Shown here one piece after another: positions 63,327-64,000 of a DNA stretch of 64,000 nt (within the stretch, counting starts at the first letter, position 1; every line of letters starts with the position of its first letter). This DNA is from Lama glama (Eukaryota), in NCBI GenBank assembly GCA_028534125.1, contig CM052816.1:63676001-63740000 (forward strand), read 5' to 3'. The notes under the pieces were generated by a model. The model searched no databases, had not been told where the DNA came from, and was given only the letters and a program-made list of their open reading frames with translations. The position numbers and the translations under genes were made by a program.

Positions 63327-63893
63327 TGTCTTAGACTCAGGTTTCCAGAAAGCAGAGCAGAGCCTGAGGCAAAGAATGAAGCACTGATAATTTATTATGA
63401 GATACAAGCCCAGGACAGTGAAAGTGAGCAAAAGGTAAAGTGAGGCAAGAGAAGATGCAAAGTGACTGCACTGACTAGGGCTTTGTAAGGAGCATGGAGA
63501 CACAGGGCATCCCGCTTAACAGGATTGTCCACAAAACTATGTGGGGCTTTTCTGGAAAGACTATAGAGCAGTTGGTTGGAGAGCAGAAGTTAGGGCAGTT
63601 TATTTTCCCGTATTCCTCCTATCTGTGTTTTTCCACTGGTTAAGATTTGTCCAGTTGAGACTTAATTTCCTCACACTTCAGCAGCTGTCAAATGCAACAT
63701 CCCAGGTCTTGGGGTGTTGTGTTTCATTCAAATCCAGAAATGGCAGAAGGACTGAGCAACTCTGGGCATGTGGCTGATTGGCCCAACTGTGTGGAGGTAG
63801 TCAAGGAGGGGGCTCTCCCAGGGCAAGTAGATGGTTCGTCCTCCATGGGAAGCTAGCAGGCAGAGCCTGTCTATGAAGGCACATAACATCTGT
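63327..63893 (-). mobile_element. ERVL-class LTR (LTR33/LTR16-like)
   Basis: TGTCTTAGACTCAGGTTTCCAGAAAGCAGAG..CCTGAGGCAAAG...TTTATT. Confidence 0.6.
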
Positions 63894-64000
63894 GGTTGAT
63901 GTATCTACTTATAATTCAAAACAACTCTGAGAAGTGAGTACTGTATTTCTCACTTCACAACTGGAGAAATAGGCTAACTTGCCCCAGATCTCATAACAGT

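Noticed and set aside
1..64000. tRNA, rRNA, snoRNA or miRNA genes
   Set aside because: No cloverleaf, well-spaced C/D box pair or long hairpin seen by eye; an Infernal/Rfam scan would be needed to exclude them

Overview
Mammalian (eutherian) genomic DNA, largely intergenic. No intact protein-coding gene is evident, and the supplied ORFs look spurious or repeat-derived. The young L1 ends and the lack of recognisable Alu, B1, Bov-tA/BovB, PRE-1, SINEC or ERE elements suggest a camelid-like artiodactyl; this is an inference. A small CpG-island promoter with two divergent YY1 motifs lies at about 0.7-1.15 kb. The rest holds many old repeats (MIR, L2, MLT1 LTRs, L1M, HAL1, Tigger1, Charlie/MER5, an ERV-L integrase/dUTPase fossil), a young probably full-length L1 collapsed into a 500-N gap, and several repeat-free, motif-dense enhancer candidates. 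The most interesting signal is a chain of about 12 plus-strand exon-like segments between 30.5 and 48.1 kb, bounded by canonical AG/GT splice signals. They can be joined, mostly in compatible phase, into a stop-disrupted protein of about 500 codons that I do not recognise, i.e. a candidate unitary pseudogene. That reconstruction is manual and needs homology confirmation. Repeat subfamily names are by eye, and repeat boundaries are approximate unless a TSD is quoted.
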